From Zootoca vivipara (Eukaryota): a DNA stretch of 64,000 nucleotides. The position numbers and the translations under genes were made by a program. The notes under the pieces were generated by a model. It saw nothing but the letters and a program-made list of their open reading frames with translations. It did no database searches and was not told where the DNA came from. Each line of letters opens with the position of its first letter. The stretch's first letter is position 1. This document shows positions 49,117-62,052 of this stretch, in pieces. The stretch lies in contig NC_083281.1 of the NCBI RefSeq assembly GCF_963506605.1, forward strand, positions 50,468,001 to 50,532,000, read 5' to 3'.

Positions 49117-49229
49117 TTAGCTTGCAAGGGTTTGTGATAGTGCACTTTTTCTATCATTAATTCTAAAATAGTTCCTGGCTTTTTGGGTGATGCAAGTAAG
49201 TAATGGTGAAGGGGGAACATCTGCCAGCC
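49117..49229 (-). CDS. CENPN: Centromere protein N, last coding exon (10)
   Basis: (G)LADVPPSPLLTCITQKARNYFRINDRKSALSQTLAS*. Ten exons total 1041 nt = 346 aa with consistent phases. Confidence 0.93.
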
Positions 49230-49372
49230 CTAGAATGAGAAGAAAACACAATTAGAATAAGTTCTGTGTAAGTTTTGCATATGGTTCCATATTGCCTTGA
49301 AAGTACAGCTGTCTGAAGAACAAAACAGTTTGGTGGGACCTGCCTTTAAAGGGTCACATAAGCCTTTTAAAC

Positions 49373-49508
49373 CAGTGTTCCTCAACCTTGGGCCTCCAGC
49401 TGTTTTGGAACTACAACTCCCATCATCCCCGACCACTGGTCCTGCTAGCTAAGGATGATGGGAGTTGTAGTCCCAAAACAGCTGGAGGCCCAAGGTTGAG
49501 GAACACTG
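49373..49508. mobile_element. hAT MITE
   Basis: TIR CAGTGTTCCTCAACCTTGGGCCTCCAGCTGTTTT; TSD TTTTAAAC. Confidence 0.9.
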
Positions 49509-49652
49509 TTTTAAACACAGCTCTTCACCTGGTTTATGCACTTGCATTTTATTCTAGATCACTATAATAGTCTATAATCCTCTGCATGTTACACTAGACC
49601 AGGACTGGAGAACACATGACCCATAATTACTAATGCTTACTTTCATAAGCAT

Positions 49653-49993
49653 GTGGTGCTGTGGGTTAAACCACAGAGCCTAGGGCTTGCTGATCAGAAG
49701 GTCAGCAGTTCGAATCCCCGCGACGGGGTGAGTTCCCGTTGCTCGGTCCCTGCTCCTGCCAACCTAGCAGTTCGAAAGCAAGAAGTGCAAGTAGATAAAG
49801 AGGTACCGCTCCGGCAGGAAGGTAAACGGCGTTTCCGTGCACTGCACCGGTTCGCCAGAAGCGGCTTAGTCATGCTGGCCACATGACCCGGAAGCTGTAT
49901 GCTGGCTCCCTTGGCCAGTAAAGCGAGATGAGCGCCGCATCCCCAGAGTTGTCCGCGACTGGACCTAATGGTTAGGGGTCCCTTTACCTTTAC
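49653..49993 (+). mobile_element. Sauria SINE
   Basis: B-box GTTCGAATCC, consensus body, CCCTTTACCTTTAC tail. Confidence 0.92.
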
Positions 49994-50280
49994 TCTCATA
50001 ATTTGCCTTACTTATTAGATGTCATGGGGGTTGGTCCAACAGTTCCCTACCCCACACTAGGGGACCATTAGTCAAGTTCAGCCCCTAATGTCTCCTGCTA
50101 GCATAGTTAGATACACTTCCGTTTCTTACTCCCCTGTGCAAGTCAAGCAATAGGAACTGAAGTACTAACATTCAGCTGCAGTGCTCTGATGGTATTATGG
50201 AGTCATTTGCCTGCATCTTAGCTTATGCTGGAATGTTGGAACAGCCAATATTCCTCAAATCAATTTTTGGCACTTAAATA

Positions 50281-50530
50281 CAGTGGAACCTATACTTACA
50301 ATTGCCTCTACTTGGACCTGATCCAAGTTGCAACCACGGCAAACCCAGAAGTAAATATCGGGTTTGCTGTGATTTGTGCATGTGCAGAAGCGGCTGCCGC
50401 TGTCTGCACATGCGCAGAAGCGCACTGCCGCCAAATGCGTCTGTGCACAACGGCGCTTCTACCAGCGACCTGGATCGACTTACGGATGGACCTCTAGAAC
50501 TGATTACGTCCGTAAGTAGATGTTCCACTG
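50281..50530. mobile_element. Tc1/mariner MITE
   Basis: TA|CAGTGGAACC...TGTTCCACTG|TA. Confidence 0.75.
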
Positions 50531-50913
50531 TACTGACAAGTGAAACAGAGTATATTTTGCCATTTGTCTGAGCTGTCATTTAAAACGTAAACCAGTTTTT
50601 CAAATCAAATCAAATCAAAATACTTTATTCGACTGATAGTCAGAAAGAAAAACATTTCTCAATGCAAATATAAAAATATAAAACTGAAGGCATCAGGGGG
50701 ATACATAAATGAAGTATAACCGTGCTACTGAACCTCCTACAGGTAACCCACATCAAGGCAAACAAGTTTTTAAACACTGAAAAATTAAAAATAAGTTTGG
50801 CAGTGGTGGTATTGAAAACCAGGAAATACTGCTTCTATGGAATCCTTATGCACCAGATAAGCATACAAAACATAATACTATGAGTGTGCATTCTCAGATA
50901 CTGCAACACTTAC

Positions 50914-51037
50914 CGGCAGGTGCTAGGGATTTCAGTGACTCTAAAAGATGAGGACTAGAAAACTTCACCAAACATCTAAATCCCTCTTTATTTTTCAAGA
51001 TACCATTTTCTTGTTCATTTCTGAACATAGTCTCAAG
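50914..51037 (-). CDS. CENPN: CENPN coding exon 9
   Basis: LETMFRNEQENGILKNKEGFRCLVKFSSPHLLESLKSLAPA; AG/GT boundaries. Confidence 0.95.
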
Positions 51038-51331
51038 CTGTAAGTCAAATCAATAAATGGGTTTATAAAAAAGAGTTCTTTGTACCTTATAATAAGCAGA
51101 TAATTATTTTTACAGTTCAAAGTGCTAAAACTACACTTCATTTTCAGCCAACAGATTATTACACTCAGGATCCTGGTTTAAGATACCAGGATCTTGGTTT
51201 AAGATACCATAGTGGTCCATTAATTCCCTGCTCTCAGAATTCAACAGTTATCCTTTCCCGCACCTCATTTTAAAAGAGCTTTATGCATTTTCTTTAAGAA
51301 ATCTACAAACAGATTTTACAAAACTGTTCCC

Positions 51332-51448
51332 CTTCTGTTTTCTTAAGTATTTGTGTACACACACACACACAGCCAATCAATTAAGCTTCAGTACTTCTGT
51401 TTTCTTAAGTATTTGTGTACACACACACACAGCCAATCAATTAAGCTT
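51332..51448. repeat. ~57-bp direct duplication containing (CA)n
   Basis: CTTCTGTTTTCTTAAGTATTTGTGTA(CA)nGCCAATCAATTAAGCTT occurs twice with a 5-bp spacer. Confidence 0.9.
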
Positions 51449-51853
51449 GAGCCCAACATATGGAGAACTATATCACTCTGATGGAATTCTGCCTGTATTG
51501 CACCACAAAACTGCTTTACTTGGGCCTTCTGTGACAAAGACATGAAAGAAAACAGGTTCAATAGATGTGCATTTAAAATAATCAAAGAGTGCCCCCCTGT
51601 GGCAAATAGACAACAATGCCTAAAACAGCCTCATTCATAGTTTTAAAGAACCCGAAACACCTGCAGCAATTTTGATTGCATTTTTACCACTGCACTAAGC
51701 TACATATTCTAATTTACTGTCTCAGTATTGCTACAGTATTGGCTCAATTAAAAAGCGTAAGAATTACTTGAGTCTCAGTACACTACCCTCTGGGGTTGTC
51801 GTGAATTGAGAAAAGTACTTTAATATTTCAAGACCATGATGTATCAGTTACAA

Positions 51854-51989
51854 CAGGCATCCCCAAACTTCGGCCCTCCAGATGTTTTGGACTACAATTC
51901 CCATCATCCCTGACCACTGGTCCTGTTAGCTAGGGATCATGGGAGTTGTAGGCCAAAACATCTGGAGGGCCGCAGTTTGGGGATGCCTG
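51854..51989. mobile_element. hAT MITE (CAGGCATCCCC family)
   Basis: Near-perfect TIRs; TSD AGTTACAA. Confidence 0.92.
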
Positions 51990-52661
51990 AGTTACAACAT
52001 CTAAGGAATATCACCATTCTGTATACAGCGTAATGATCTGCATGCATGGCTGGAAATCCCGTGTGTGTGTGTGTTTGTAAAATAGTTCATTTAAGAAAAG
52101 TAAGCCAATTAAGCTCAGGGTTTTAGACTGTATTTCAAGCAGTCTATACAGTATTAGAATGGACTCATGCAAGCAACACTGAGGAACAAATAAACACTCT
52201 TTCAGTTAGTACAATGAAATATGCACTCGTAACAGTTGGCCTATCTTAAAATTGCAGGGCTGCTACAGAAATAGAAAACTTAGTCAATTATATGAATTTT
52301 AGGCCACAAATAATTCTAACTGAACATAGGAACTTACTTCTGAGTAAACAAATGGGATTGAAGTAGTAATAGAATAAACAGAATAAAAACTGAACTTGTT
52401 TGTGCATCTTACACAGGGGAGTACCTCCCCTGAGATGCTGCCTACCATATAGTTTCATATATTCCCGTATTTCTTTTTAATCTGATTAATGACACCTTTT
52501 TCAGTTGATCAAATAGTCTTATTCAATTAATCTAAGTAGTTAACTGACATTTCAGCCCTAAGTACTGTTTTGTGCAAAAATAAATTCTATAGAATACATA
52601 TACATAATAAATGTATATTTGTGCATTAAATTTATATAATATGCATTAAATATGATTTTAC

Positions 52662-52774
52662 CTTGTATTGTGCAAACTCTAGTTTTGGCTGAGGACCATC
52701 ACCAAAGACTTCCTCATTAATTCTTTCAATTCTTTCATTTTTAAGTTTATCTTCCTTAACTATATTTGGATCCA
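52662..52774 (-). CDS. CENPN: CENPN coding exon 8
   Basis: (V)DPNIVKEDKLKNERIERINEEVFGDGPQPKLEFAQYK. Confidence 0.95.
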
Positions 52775-53246
52775 CTGAAAGCACAGAACCATATAAAATC
52801 TCATGTAAAATATTATCCTTTTCAAAGTGGCATTCAGAACTGAACAGAATTCCAAAGATGTAAAGGTCATTGTGCTGCAGTGCCCCCCCCCCCCAATTCA
52901 TTTACTCCATAACAAACATACTAAAAGTGGACACATCAACACCAGAGAAAGCTATGAACTTCCAGCTGTGAGTTTAATGCATGCAAGACAAACATTAGCC
53001 ACTATTTGAAGTTTCTGAATATTTATTGAAATATTTTAGAAGATTGATAAACCTCTCCAACTAGTGCACAACTTGCTGAGCCACCTCCTGTGTGCGTGCA
53101 CACACACACACACACACACACGATATGGGCACCCCAAAATAGATAGTCATGTGGTAAACATGGGCCTCCTTACAATGGCCAGACTTTTTAATATTTAAAT
53201 AAACTGTTTTGCTATATAGAGTTTTAAACCAAGATATTATGGATAC

Positions 53247-53304
53247 CTCTTTGCAGAATGCAATTTCGTTCCTGTAGAGGTTGTGGGTGATGAGTTTGAA
53301 ATTT
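53247..53304 (-). CDS. CENPN: CENPN coding exon 7
   Basis: KFQTHHPQPLQERNCILQR; cctccag acceptor, GTATCC donor; phase fits exon 8. Confidence 0.88.
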
Positions 53305-54220
53305 CTGGAGGAGGGGGTCCATGGAGACAGAGAATAGTGATAGAACATTGTTAGTGTATTTTTGCCTCTAATGAGTATGAAACTGCATTGCATTCAATGC
53401 TTGTCCTACTTAGAGAAGACCCACTGAAGTGAATGGGCATGACTAAATTAGGTGCATCAATTTCAATGGGTCTACTCCAAGTAGGTCTTTGTATACAACC
53501 AATATTCCAAGTTCATTAACTTAAGACCCAGTTTGCATGCCATGAGAAACTGTTAACTATATATTATGCTTAATGAATCCATCAGGGCTGTTTTGCTCCT
53601 CCTCCTAGTTTATGAAGAAACAAACCAAATCACTGGCTTAGCATCACAAAACTGCAAACTGATTTATATTAAAAATGCTGACTTCTTGTTGTGGTTTGTT
53701 TTTCTCTAAACAAACCACCACCTCTGCTTTGAACATTAGACTAAACCAAGTATTTTTCCTTCTTGCCAGTGCTCAGTGAAGGACCCTTGGCTAAACTCAC
53801 TCTTCAATAACCACGAAATGTAGCCAAGAACAAACCATCTTAACCACAAGCCGCAGTTCAGACAACACATCAAGCCAAACCTTGGCTTAGCACAATAGCA
53901 AAAAGGACAGGGGAGGAGCAAAGTGACTTAGCAAGGTTTGGCTTAGCATGTAATGCAAAGCAGTCCAATGGCATATTTTGAGATTAAGTGATAACAGACA
54001 GAAATGATAAAAACTCCATAATGGCTCTAAAAGCAGGAGGGAAACTAATTCTGGCCCTTATTCTCTCTTCCTGATTGTAAAACTATACAGCTCTGTAGTA
54101 CTATAAGCAATCTCTTTGAAGGAGAAAATTTCCTTACCTCCTGAGAATTTTAGAACCAGGCCTAAGATTTTTTTTAAAAACCCAAGATTTGACTTAGAAT
54201 AGTACACTTAAATAACTCAC

Positions 54221-54322
54221 CTGGCTATATCGCTTAAGTAAAATATCTTTAAGGGAGTCTAAACAATGGCTTCGGAGGTCCATTTCATGGATGTCATTGT
54301 AACTGGCAGCAATCAGCAGGGC
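54221..54322 (-). CDS. CENPN: CENPN coding exon 6
   Basis: ALLIAASYNDIHEMDLRSHCLDSLKDILLKRYSQ; GTGAGT donor. Confidence 0.94.
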
Positions 54323-54557
54323 CTTTAATTAAAAGTGGAGGTCCTAGTTTAGTTGAAGTTGAAGGAGTTGTTCCATTATTTCTGTTTTAGAATTGGAATT
54401 TGATATTTAATTTCAGAGTATACACCTCTGTAGGATATCATGCAACTGAGGAGTACTGTAATTTCCAATTGCTTGTTCATTCACTCTTACTAAATCTAAG
54501 TTTAGAAATTACCTTGAAAATGACAGAAAAACAAATCTTTACCAGACATGAATTTAC

Positions 54558-54734
54558 CTGCAAAAGTAACGGTATGCAGTTCCTATATCTAGAGTTGGAT
54601 ATGAAGACATAAGGAGCCTGTGAAATGTAAGCTACATAGGATGGCTTGTATTGATTGGGCTTTGTATACTGTGTTCCCCATGCAATGCGAATCCAAATTA
54701 CATTGTCTTCAAACTCTTTAAAGCTGATAGTTAC
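54558..54734 (-). CDS. CENPN: CENPN coding exon 5
   Basis: VTISFKEFEDNVIWIRIAWGTQYTKPNQYKPSYV..PLLLQ. Confidence 0.97.
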
Positions 54735-55147
54735 CTGAAGTAAAGATAAAGGAAAAAAATATATTGCAGTCTAGCTGGCAGAAGTGGGCACTCAAAGTAG
54801 TGAGAACCCTATATCTAAAGGCCAAGAAGTATAGACATAGTTGTTTCTTACATGTGTGTTACAAGAGACAGCAAACACATCATGAACTACTTTAACACAA
54901 TGGTTTATACAATGTATACAAAGAAGTTATGAGATATGAAGCACACCTAATTACCTTCCCAATATGATACTAACTACTGCATTTTTTTTTAAAAAAAAAC
55001 AAACCCCTGAAGGATCACTGCTAAATAGGATAGATGGTAGACATTTCTCCTTTTAGTTTCAAATTACTATAAATTTACATTATTTTTATACAACAGGATA
55101 ACAAAACATTTAAGAGAACCCAAAATATTAGCATTGTTTATTCTCAC

Positions 55148-55224
55148 ATTTTTCAAAGCTGACTGAAGACTTCTTTTAAATTTCTTTTTAAACTCTACCA
55201 AGTCAAAAATGTCATATTCATCAC
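55148..55224 (-). CDS. CENPN: CENPN coding exon 4
   Basis: (G)DEYDIFDLVEFKKKFKRSLQSALKN. Confidence 0.95.
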
Positions 55225-56034
55225 CTGCCAATAAAATAAAACATTTTAAAATAAGCTTCATTCCAAACATAACTTGCATTATTTTAGTTCAATCATGCAA
55301 AATACTAAATTATTATTTATTTATTATTAATAATTTTAATACCCTGCCCTTTAGTCAAAAAACATTTCTGAGACTGTCTCACATCCCTACCCTCAGGAAT
55401 GCAATAAAAAAATATGAAATACAAACGAAAAAGGGTTGGGAAAGAAATAAAATTTAGTCACTGTTTCTCAGTTCTTCTATCAATTAGCTGGAATCATGGG
55501 AATTCAAGGAGAGAAGGGGCCAAAAGTTTCTGGTCTTCCAGCAGAGTTCATGGAAAGACCCCACAGTACCTTCTCCTTTAGGATGGAATAGCTGCTGTAG
55601 ACAATATTTCTGGAAAGGGCATAGTAAAGTTGCTCTTTCCTCAAAGCAAGTCTAGAGCTGGTGTAATGAAAACTAATCCGCCACCCTGGCTGGCATGAGT
55701 TGGTGAGGCTTAGGATGTGGTGGTGGATCCATACATATACACATCCCAGTTAGAGTGCTCTGTTCATTTCCTGGGGGAAATGTTTTATTATGGAAGGAAG
55801 AAGTATATCTTGGTCTTTAAGTAGCATTAAGAAAAACCCAACCCTTTGAGCTCTGCTAAACAGTCAAAAGTCTGCAAGAAAAACAGCGAAATTTTAGAGG
55901 TTTCCAGCAAGTTTTATAAGATAGCTGACATAATCTACTTTAAAGTGAGGATAAGCAAAATTAGACTATTACAGATAACTGGGCACTTCACTTATTTATA
56001 CCATGCTTTTGATAATTATACAGTAAACACTTAC

Positions 56035-56094
56035 CTTCTTCTCTTGTCATTTGATAAACAGTCCAAAGCTTTTTGTCCCGATATGTGTGGTTGT
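56035..56094 (-). CDS. CENPN: CENPN coding exon 3
   Basis: (Y)NHTYRDKKLWTVYQMTREE; 60 nt, AG acceptor and GTAAGT donor. Confidence 0.93.
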
Positions 56095-57544
56095 CTGAGG
56101 AAAAATATTTGACAATAAACAGCATTGCTTATTAACACAAGAATCCAAAATTGTTATCATAAACTAGCAACTCCTCCCTACACAATCCAGGAATTTCATG
56201 TTTCATATTGCTGATTAGTTAACAGATTTGCTCTTTGTTACACAAAGGATGGCTAAGTTCTGTATGCTTGGAAACCGATATCTATTACACATTCTAGAGA
56301 TTAGAACAATCCAACCCAACCCTTTTCATGGATGATCAGTTTCCATATAATAATACTGGTTCCATCCAACAATTAAGAGCTTCACAGGAATAGGACATGT
56401 GTTTTCAAATGGTAAGAGATAAACAGATTTCCAAATAGTGCAGATACATACTATTCTCACTGGCCACATTTGCAGATAAGTCATACATTTTGGCTTACTA
56501 AACAATACTGTACACAGGTACTCCCACTTTCCTCATCCCTTCATGCAGCCAAAGTTTACTTTCCTAACAAGTATAATTGTCAGCAAATCTTAATATCATT
56601 CTGATTATATTTGCGTAGGGCCATTTGTGCCCAAAATTTCTTCAGGAGCCAAATCCAACCTGCAAGTGACTAGTTGAGTTATTTCTTCTTATTGCTATTT
56701 CTACCTCAAAAGCAGCTTACAAGAAATATGAATACAATAAAGTTAAGATCAAATATTTACCCAAACATTTATTCCAAATTAAGAGAGGAGGCGAAATTAT
56801 GGTTCCTTAACTTGACATTGGATATAGATTCTTTCAATCTCCATTTACTTTTCAAAAATTGAAGCAAACTAGAAATCAATGCATGATCTGGGGTAGTTAC
56901 ATTTTAACTTTTCACAATGTAAACTATAAATAGCTACAATGCAATGTTTACCAAATACTACTGATTTCAGATCACAAAGGAATTCAAATCTTCAGATTCT
57001 GACAAATATCCAAGCTTGTATTTAGTGAGTTATGCAAATGCCATTTAATAGTACTGTAATCCTATAAACACTTGTGGCAGTAAGCCAAATTAAATAGTGA
57101 CACTTGTAAATAGAGGATTAAGTTGAAAAGAGCATCCCATTCCCTTATCTAGCTCTAAATGTAATTCAAGCTACTATACTGCAAAGCAATGAAATCTTAG
57201 TCTAGTAGAAACTTCTTTGCTTTGGGAATGTTCATTTGGGGAATAAGATTAATGGCTAAACACAATTACTGGGTTGGTGAGGACTCTTGCCTTCTGAAGA
57301 TGGTACATGGATAGCTGGGCCTAGTATCACTGTGTAATGAAAATAATACCATCAAATTAAGAGGAAAGGGGAGTGATCACTACCTTGTATTATCTAAAAG
57401 TTAAATGATTTATTTTTCCCCGACAAGACAAATATTAATCTAATCAAAAGGAAGTGCTGAGTGTTTATCCAAAATCTAACTGGTTTATACTAATACAGAA
57501 ACTAATCACAACAACAACAACAAAATATAAAACACTTCACTTAC

Positions 57545-57590
57545 AAATTATGTCTAGATCTGCTGCATGCTGAATAGTTGCATGGTTTTC
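57545..57590 (-). CDS. CENPN: CENPN coding exon 2
   Basis: ENHATIQHAADLDII; 46 nt, GTAAGT donor. Confidence 0.93.
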
Positions 57591-58459
57591 CTTCAAGACA
57601 ATAAGAACAACTAATCAAAAAAGTTAGACGATATTATATAGGCCCAAATTGCATACAATGGTAAGCCATAGCTTTTTCCAAATGTACTGGTGCATGCTGC
57701 TCCTTCACACCAGCCCCCTCCCCTCCATGTCATGTTAGGAGAAAATAAAGTAGAAGAGTGACCTTGTATTACTTGCGAACCAGCATTAGTGCTTTGTTTT
57801 CGCTAAACAGGTAAGTAAATGTGTGAGCATTCGTTCCCACATAAGACCAAGTCTATGCCCTGATTTGTTTTCTCCAAGCATGGAGGAGGGGGTGGGTGTG
57901 AAAGAGCTGTGTGCACCAGCATGCTACTCATTCACAGTAAACCATGGTTCATTGCTTACTCTTATGTCCAAATCTGGTTAAAAACTGCATTTGTATTAAA
58001 ACAATATTGTTTTATTATTAAGATATGAACCTGTAAAATGTATTAGTTATTAATTAGTTAATTAGTTGCTTCATTGACAAAAAACTGGGGGCACTCCATC
58101 ACAGATCAACAATGGATACAACAGTCATGGATTTTGTTGACATTCTGCAGAATCATTATACAAATCAAAATGTATCTACAGCCAAAGTATCCGTGAACCA
58201 CATCACAATTGCTCCAAGGTCACATCTCCCATACAACATGTACAATTTGTAACAAGACTGTCAGTGGGAGGGGTTTGTGGCCCTGTCCCCAGTGTTCCAG
58301 TTACACAGCGCTCAGATTTCTGGATTAGGTGCTAAAAGGAGCTCCATCACATTGCCCTGCTATACTCCAGCACTGGAGCAAGAAGATATGCTCCAGTTCT
58401 CAGAACTGGAACAAGAAGATATGCACCCCAAAGGCCAAAGCCAGTGCTATTTTCTACAT

Positions 58460-58595
58460 CAGGCTTCCTCAAACTCGGTACTTCAGATGTTTTGAGACTA
58501 CAATTCCCACCATCCCTGACCACTGGTCCTGCTAGCTAGGGATCATGGGAGTTGTAAGCCATAAGCAACTGGAGGGACAAGTTTTAGGAAGCCTG
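58460..58595. mobile_element. hAT MITE (diverged)
   Basis: CAGGCTTCC..GGAAGCCTG termini; TSD TTCTACAT. Confidence 0.85.
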
Positions 58596-59028
58596 TTCTA
58601 CATCATTGCCCATGCAAGGAATTATAGTGACAGAAAAGGATGGGGCATAAATGAAAGAAAAAAGTGCCCCACAAAATGTGCATTCAAAATTCTCTCACTG
58701 CAAAGACCACTACTTTTCCATCACGCACACTCCCATGTGCTCACATCACTGCCTCATCCTCTTATTTGGGTGAAGACATCATCCCAAAGCTCTGGTGGGT
58801 CCTCTATTAAAGGCACTTGAGAAAGATTTCAGTATTAAGAAACCAACTCCTATTAAAAGTAATTGTAAAACACAGACCACCAATAGTACAGTCATAGTAC
58901 TTAAATAGTACAGTACTATGTTTCCCTTTAAACACCAGGAGAGACTTTTGTAACATCATATATTTTATGCAGAAAAAACACTGACATTTGTACGAATTTC
59001 ACAATGATCCTTCCAATACTGTTCTCAC

Positions 59029-59199
59029 CTCACATAGTTTAACTACTTCTTGGGATACGTTTTCCTTTAGCTGATGGATGTTTAAAGACTGCAGCTGAGT
59101 TTCAGACAGAAACCCCCAGGTGGTCAGCATTTTCCCCATTTCAGAACGTGGGATTCGCAGCACAGTTCTTCTAATGTATTCAGCTACTATCTCATCCAT
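59029..59199 (-). CDS. CENPN: CENPN coding exon 1
   Basis: MDEIVAEYIRRTVLRIPRSEMGKMLTTWGFLSETQLQ..LCE matches the recalled CENP-N N-terminus; acceptor 10 nt upstream of the ATG; GTGAGA donor. Confidence 0.96.
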
Positions 59200-59251
59200 A
59201 ATGAAGCCCCTTCAAAATAAAATAGGGATTAAATATTCAGATACATTACAC

Positions 59252-59386
59252 CAGGCATCCCCAACCTTCGGCCCTCTAGATGTTTTGGACTACAATTCCC
59301 ATCATCCTTGACCACTGGTCCATTAGCCAGGGGTCATGGGAGTTGTAGGCCAAAACATCTGGAGGGCTGCATGTTGGGGGTGCCTG
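59252..59386. mobile_element. hAT MITE (CAGGCATCCCC family)
   Basis: TIRs; TSD CATTACAC. Confidence 0.9.
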
Positions 59387-60078
59387 CATTACACACTTAA
59401 GATAGACAGCATACAGCAGCTGTGAAAAAGCTAAATTCAATATTAAGAATTAGTAGGAAAGGGATTGAAAATAAATGGCAAGAATTGAAATGCTACTATA
59501 AGTATTTGTTGCAGCCACATTTGGAATCCTGTTACAAGTCTGGCTTCATCTTAAAATGGCATCACAAAACTTCAAAAACCCCAGCCACAACCCAAAAATA
59601 ATTACAGGGTTGAAACACCTTCCAAACGAGATGAGCTAAAGTTTTAGAGGCTTAGGAGTTTTGAAAATATAATTAAGAGGGTAGGATAGTAATATTTACA
59701 AAATTATGTTGGAAAAAGTATAGGTTGAAAAACCTCTCAGTGGTATAGCTACATATCCCCAAAATTCAGGATAATCACAACAAATTTAGATCTTCATCAC
59801 TTGAGATTTTAAGGTCTAGTCATACTATACAGTAGATCCTACTTGTGAATCAATCATCCTATCCACAACAGGTAGATATTAAATGTACTTATTTTCTCCT
59901 GTGTTTTGGCTGCATCAGCCTGCTTCAGAAGCCAGTACTGTACAGGCCACACTATTACAACAGGAGTAATCAGTGTGGTACCTTCCAGATCCTTTTGGAC
60001 TCCATCTCCCATCAACCCGTCAGCACCGCCAATAGTCAGGGATGATGCAAGCTGTAGTTCAATTACATCTACATTCTA

Positions 60079-60266
60079 CAGTGGTACCTCAGGTTAAGTA
60101 CTTAATTGGTTCTGGAAGTCCGTACTTAACCTGATGCGTACTTAACCCGAAGTGAACTTTCCCATTGAAAGTAATGGAAAGTGGATTAATCCATTCCAGA
60201 AGGGTCCGCAGAGTACTTAACTTGAAAGTAATCAACCTGAAGCGTACTTAACCAGAGATATGACTG
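60079..60266. mobile_element. Tc1/mariner (Tigger-like) MITE
   Basis: TA|CAGTGGTACCTCAGGTTAAGTAC...GTACTTAACCAGAGATATGACTG|TA; internal GTACTTAAC repeats. Confidence 0.8.
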
Positions 60267-61601
60267 TATTTTTATCTTGCCATTCCTCCAAACACATGTC
60301 TCTCCCCCCCCCAATTTTATCCTCACAGAACCTCTGTGAAGTAGGCCAGGCTGAGAAAGGAAGTGACTGGTGCATGGTTACTCTCCGTGAGCTCTGTAGA
60401 TGAGTGAGGATGTGAATCTGGGACTATCAAGATACCTACTTTTAGTCTGGCACTATTAAGTGCCACTTTATACTGGCTTTATACTGTAAGAGCAGTGCAA
60501 CATAAGTGTACACCGGACCCTACTTTCTTCTGAGAGTTGTTGGAAGATATATTTTTGTAAGCCACTTAAGAGGGTATTTTGTTTTTACAATCAAGTGGTC
60601 TATAAATGTTAGTGAATATAAAAATGCTTGAAGTATGCAAAATAACAGAGCGTCTCCGAGCATCTTGGTGGCAAGAGCCCATCGGGTCCCTTTGGAGAAT
60701 AGAAGACATGGCGGAGAATGTCATGCTTTAAGAAAGATGGTTTATTTACCTACAGTATTTACATCTTCAGTCTGCACGAAGGAAGTCCAGATTTTACAGC
60801 ATAGTCATTCCAAAAGGCAGCAACATAAGTAGCCTGCAGTCAGCACCCTCCAAATGATGGACCTCAGCTCTTTTATATTTCTTCTTCACCTAGCCCTCCC
60901 CCAGAGCTGTTACCCTGGCAACCTCCCAAATCCCCAGTCTCTGTTCACAGGGGGGGGGGGGCAAGAGAGAAGTTCCGTTGTCTTGTTAACAGCCTCTATT
61001 GTACCCTTGACAGCCGTAGCTCCACCAGGTTGCTTTGCACAGGCCAGCCCAGGAATTCCCTGTCTGGCACAGCTGTGCACTTGGTGTCTTAATCCACATC
61101 CCATTTAATCAAAATCCTAATAGAGTTTAGGGGGACCCCCACCCCCAGATCTATAACAATATGGAAAATATCCTCATCAATGAGCAGCAGCATTTTCCCA
61201 CACTCCAACCCACTCACTGACATTACTTTGTGGACTACGGGGCGGGATTCCTATGCCCTTTATCCCTGCTGGCTAGGGCCGATGGGAGTTGTAGTCTGAA
61301 ACACCAGGAGGGCACGACATCCGGCACTCCAGGCGCAAACTCGGGTTCAAACCCTCTCGGCCACGAAGCTCTCACTGGCTGCGACTTCCTCTCACGGCCC
61401 TAACCTACCTCACAGGGTTGTCGCCAGTACGAAATGGGGATCCAACTATATTAACGGCCGTTCTGAGCTCCTCGGAGGAAGAGCCGGATAAAAATAGACG
61501 GACTTATTTACAACGTACCGTTTCCCCGGCTCGCTTTCTTCTGAGGGAAAAGGGCAGCCCCTGTTACCTCAGCGGCACTCCCCCCCCCACCCTCAAGTCG
61601 A

Positions 61602-61897
61602 ACTTACTCGGCGTTCAGCCGCCGCCTCTTTGACATCTTCTTTTTCGGCTTACGAGCACCTCACGACTACCGCCGCGGCCTCCAAACCGTCCCCTCAGCT
61701 TTGAACCAGCCAACCAGCTGCCACATTCTCGTGCGCTATCAGCTGCAGTAGGAGAAGAGGCGGGGTTTCCGTGTGACGAGAGCGGTCAAGAAATAACAAC
61801 TTCCGGGTCTGAACGAAGCTTACATCCGGGATTTGCCCTTTCTTTGAATTTCCGTCTGTTCCAGGCGTGCTGGTAGTTTTGCAGAACCTAGGTAGGT
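61602..61897. promoter_or_regulatory. Bidirectional promoter: CENPN non-coding exon 1 (-, donor 61607) and probable CMC2 non-coding exon 1 (+, donor 61892)
   Basis: CpG-rich; outward-facing donors GTAAGT (-) and AG|GTAGGT (+); GC box; ACTTCCGG and ACATCCGG ETS-like sites; TTTGAA (CHR-like) at 61700 and 61843. CMC2 identity rests on synteny only. Confidence 0.7.
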
Positions 61898-62052
61898 GTG
61901 AAGCGGGGTCTTAAGTAAGAGGGTGTTTGTGTGACTTGGAGGGAAAATGTGAGAGAGGAGGAAGAATAAGAATGGCAAGGGTGTTGAATTCTGTTGACTG
62001 TCCGTTTATATTGTATTATATCATGGGAGGGGGATGAATTATGTAATGTATA

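Noticed and set aside
60607-61158. Possible solo LTR (TG..CA ends, minus-strand AATAAA)
   Set aside because: No convincing target-site duplication or boundaries.
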